Source of the DNA: Paraspadella gotoi
Lineage: Eukaryota; Animalia; Chaetognatha
Reading direction: 5' to 3'
DNA: 64,000 bases
NCBI GenBank assembly: GCA_051294375.1
Contig: CM119264.1
Span: forward strand, 2,311,631 to 2,375,630
The notes below the pieces were generated by a model, which was not told the origin of the DNA, did not search any database, and worked only from the letters and a program-made list of their open reading frames with translations. A program made the position numbers and the translations under genes. How positions within the stretch are numbered: the first letter of the stretch is position 1; each line of letters begins with the position of its first letter. Of the stretch, positions 62,918 through 64,000 are shown in pieces.

Positions 62918-64000
62918 CGTTTTCGTTTTCGGACGAATCAGCAGCGGCAGCAGCTGAGGCAGCCAGAAAAAAAGAAAGAAATCAAAAGGCAGCAGCAAAA
63001 GCAGCAGGAGAAAAGAGAGAAAGAGAAAAAAGCCCCTGCAGAGCCAGCAGCAGACTCGTTTTTTTCTCGATGAAATAGCGACTGGGGCAAAGAGAAAGAG
63101 AGAGCTACATATAATTAAAAGAGAAAAGAAAGAGAGAAAGAAACATAAAAATAATTTGTTAAATTTGTTTGTTTTGATAAAACGTAAACAAAACGTATTT
63201 AATAAACGTCCTCACCCAATTTCAAGGACCTCGATGATGAGAAGCTGTATATAAATTTTTAGCTTCATACACCCAAATTTAATCATGAAAAAGGCGATCG
63301 ATAAGTTGGAACTCCGACGCCGACGAGACGCCACTTATGTGCAAAACCACCGCAAAAGCGATTGCGACGATAAAAACAATTTTTTAAAAATAAAGAAAAG
63401 CAGTTTGAGTAATAACATACCCAAGGTTAATTTCTAAGCTTTTTCACATCAAAGTTTTTTTCTTTATGGCATCTCGTGTTAAAGCAGACTAATATAAACT
63501 CTTAGTCTTACAATCATATTAAAATTACTTTTTTTATTTTTATAATAAAATTGTTTTGATTTTGAGATAACTTTAAAAAAATCGATTGTTTTCAATATTT
63601 ATTATTAAATTCCATATTTGGCAGCAATTAAAAAAAGATTTTTATAAAAAAGTAATAAATTTATTGCCAACCCTTTTATATGTTTATTGTTTAATTTTAT
63701 TATGATTTTGTTAATTCTGTATTATAAACATAAGTCAGAAAAAGAAGTGTCATCAATACTAACCTTTGGAAATCTCTTTTTCCCAATTCTATTTTGAGAC
63801 TGACTTTAAAGTCTTACTATTTTCTACCGCCTGAACCAATTCAAATTTTTCTTGCACCAATCGATAGCACTTTAAAAGAGCTATACTTTTCATATATATT
63901 TTCTCAAAATTAAAAAAAAATTGGTGTATTTAAAGCTACCAAGTGTCTTCTTTTTTTGCGTCGCAGTGTACGTAGACGAGAATACTGACATCTTAATAAA

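Larger units (their letters stand above)
60423..63376 (-). mobile_element. DINE-1/HINE-like family 1 copy carrying nested insertions
   Basis: Same termini and internal blocks as 6513-7640. Confidence 0.6.

Overview
AT-rich, intron-containing animal (invertebrate metazoan) genomic scaffold with several N gaps. Spliced protein genes reconstructed from the sequence: a 1024-aa secreted Cys-rich protein with one Ca-binding EGF domain (- strand), whose 5.2-kb intron hosts an opposite-strand, intron-containing CmcJ/NvfI/AsaB-family oxygenase of bacterial/fungal type; an unidentified + strand gene; IQCE; two tandem divergent eIF5A paralogues; ATP synthase epsilon; and the 3' part of ataxin-2. The centre (13.2-41 kb) is an rDNA locus bracketed by (CCCTAA)n-like repeats on the left and (TTAGGG)n-like repeats on the right. 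It carries a 5S gene beside the 28S 3' end and two clearly different rDNA types with different ETS, ITS1, ITS2, 28S D1 and 18S helix 44. Part of this locus is scrambled or insertion-noisy and probably mis-assembled. Mobile DNA includes non-LTR retrotransposon fragments abutting (TC)n tracts, DINE-1/HINE-like elements, tRNA-derived SINEs, a MITE and Penelope-type minimal hammerhead ribozyme motifs. All calls come from reading the sequence; no database search was run.
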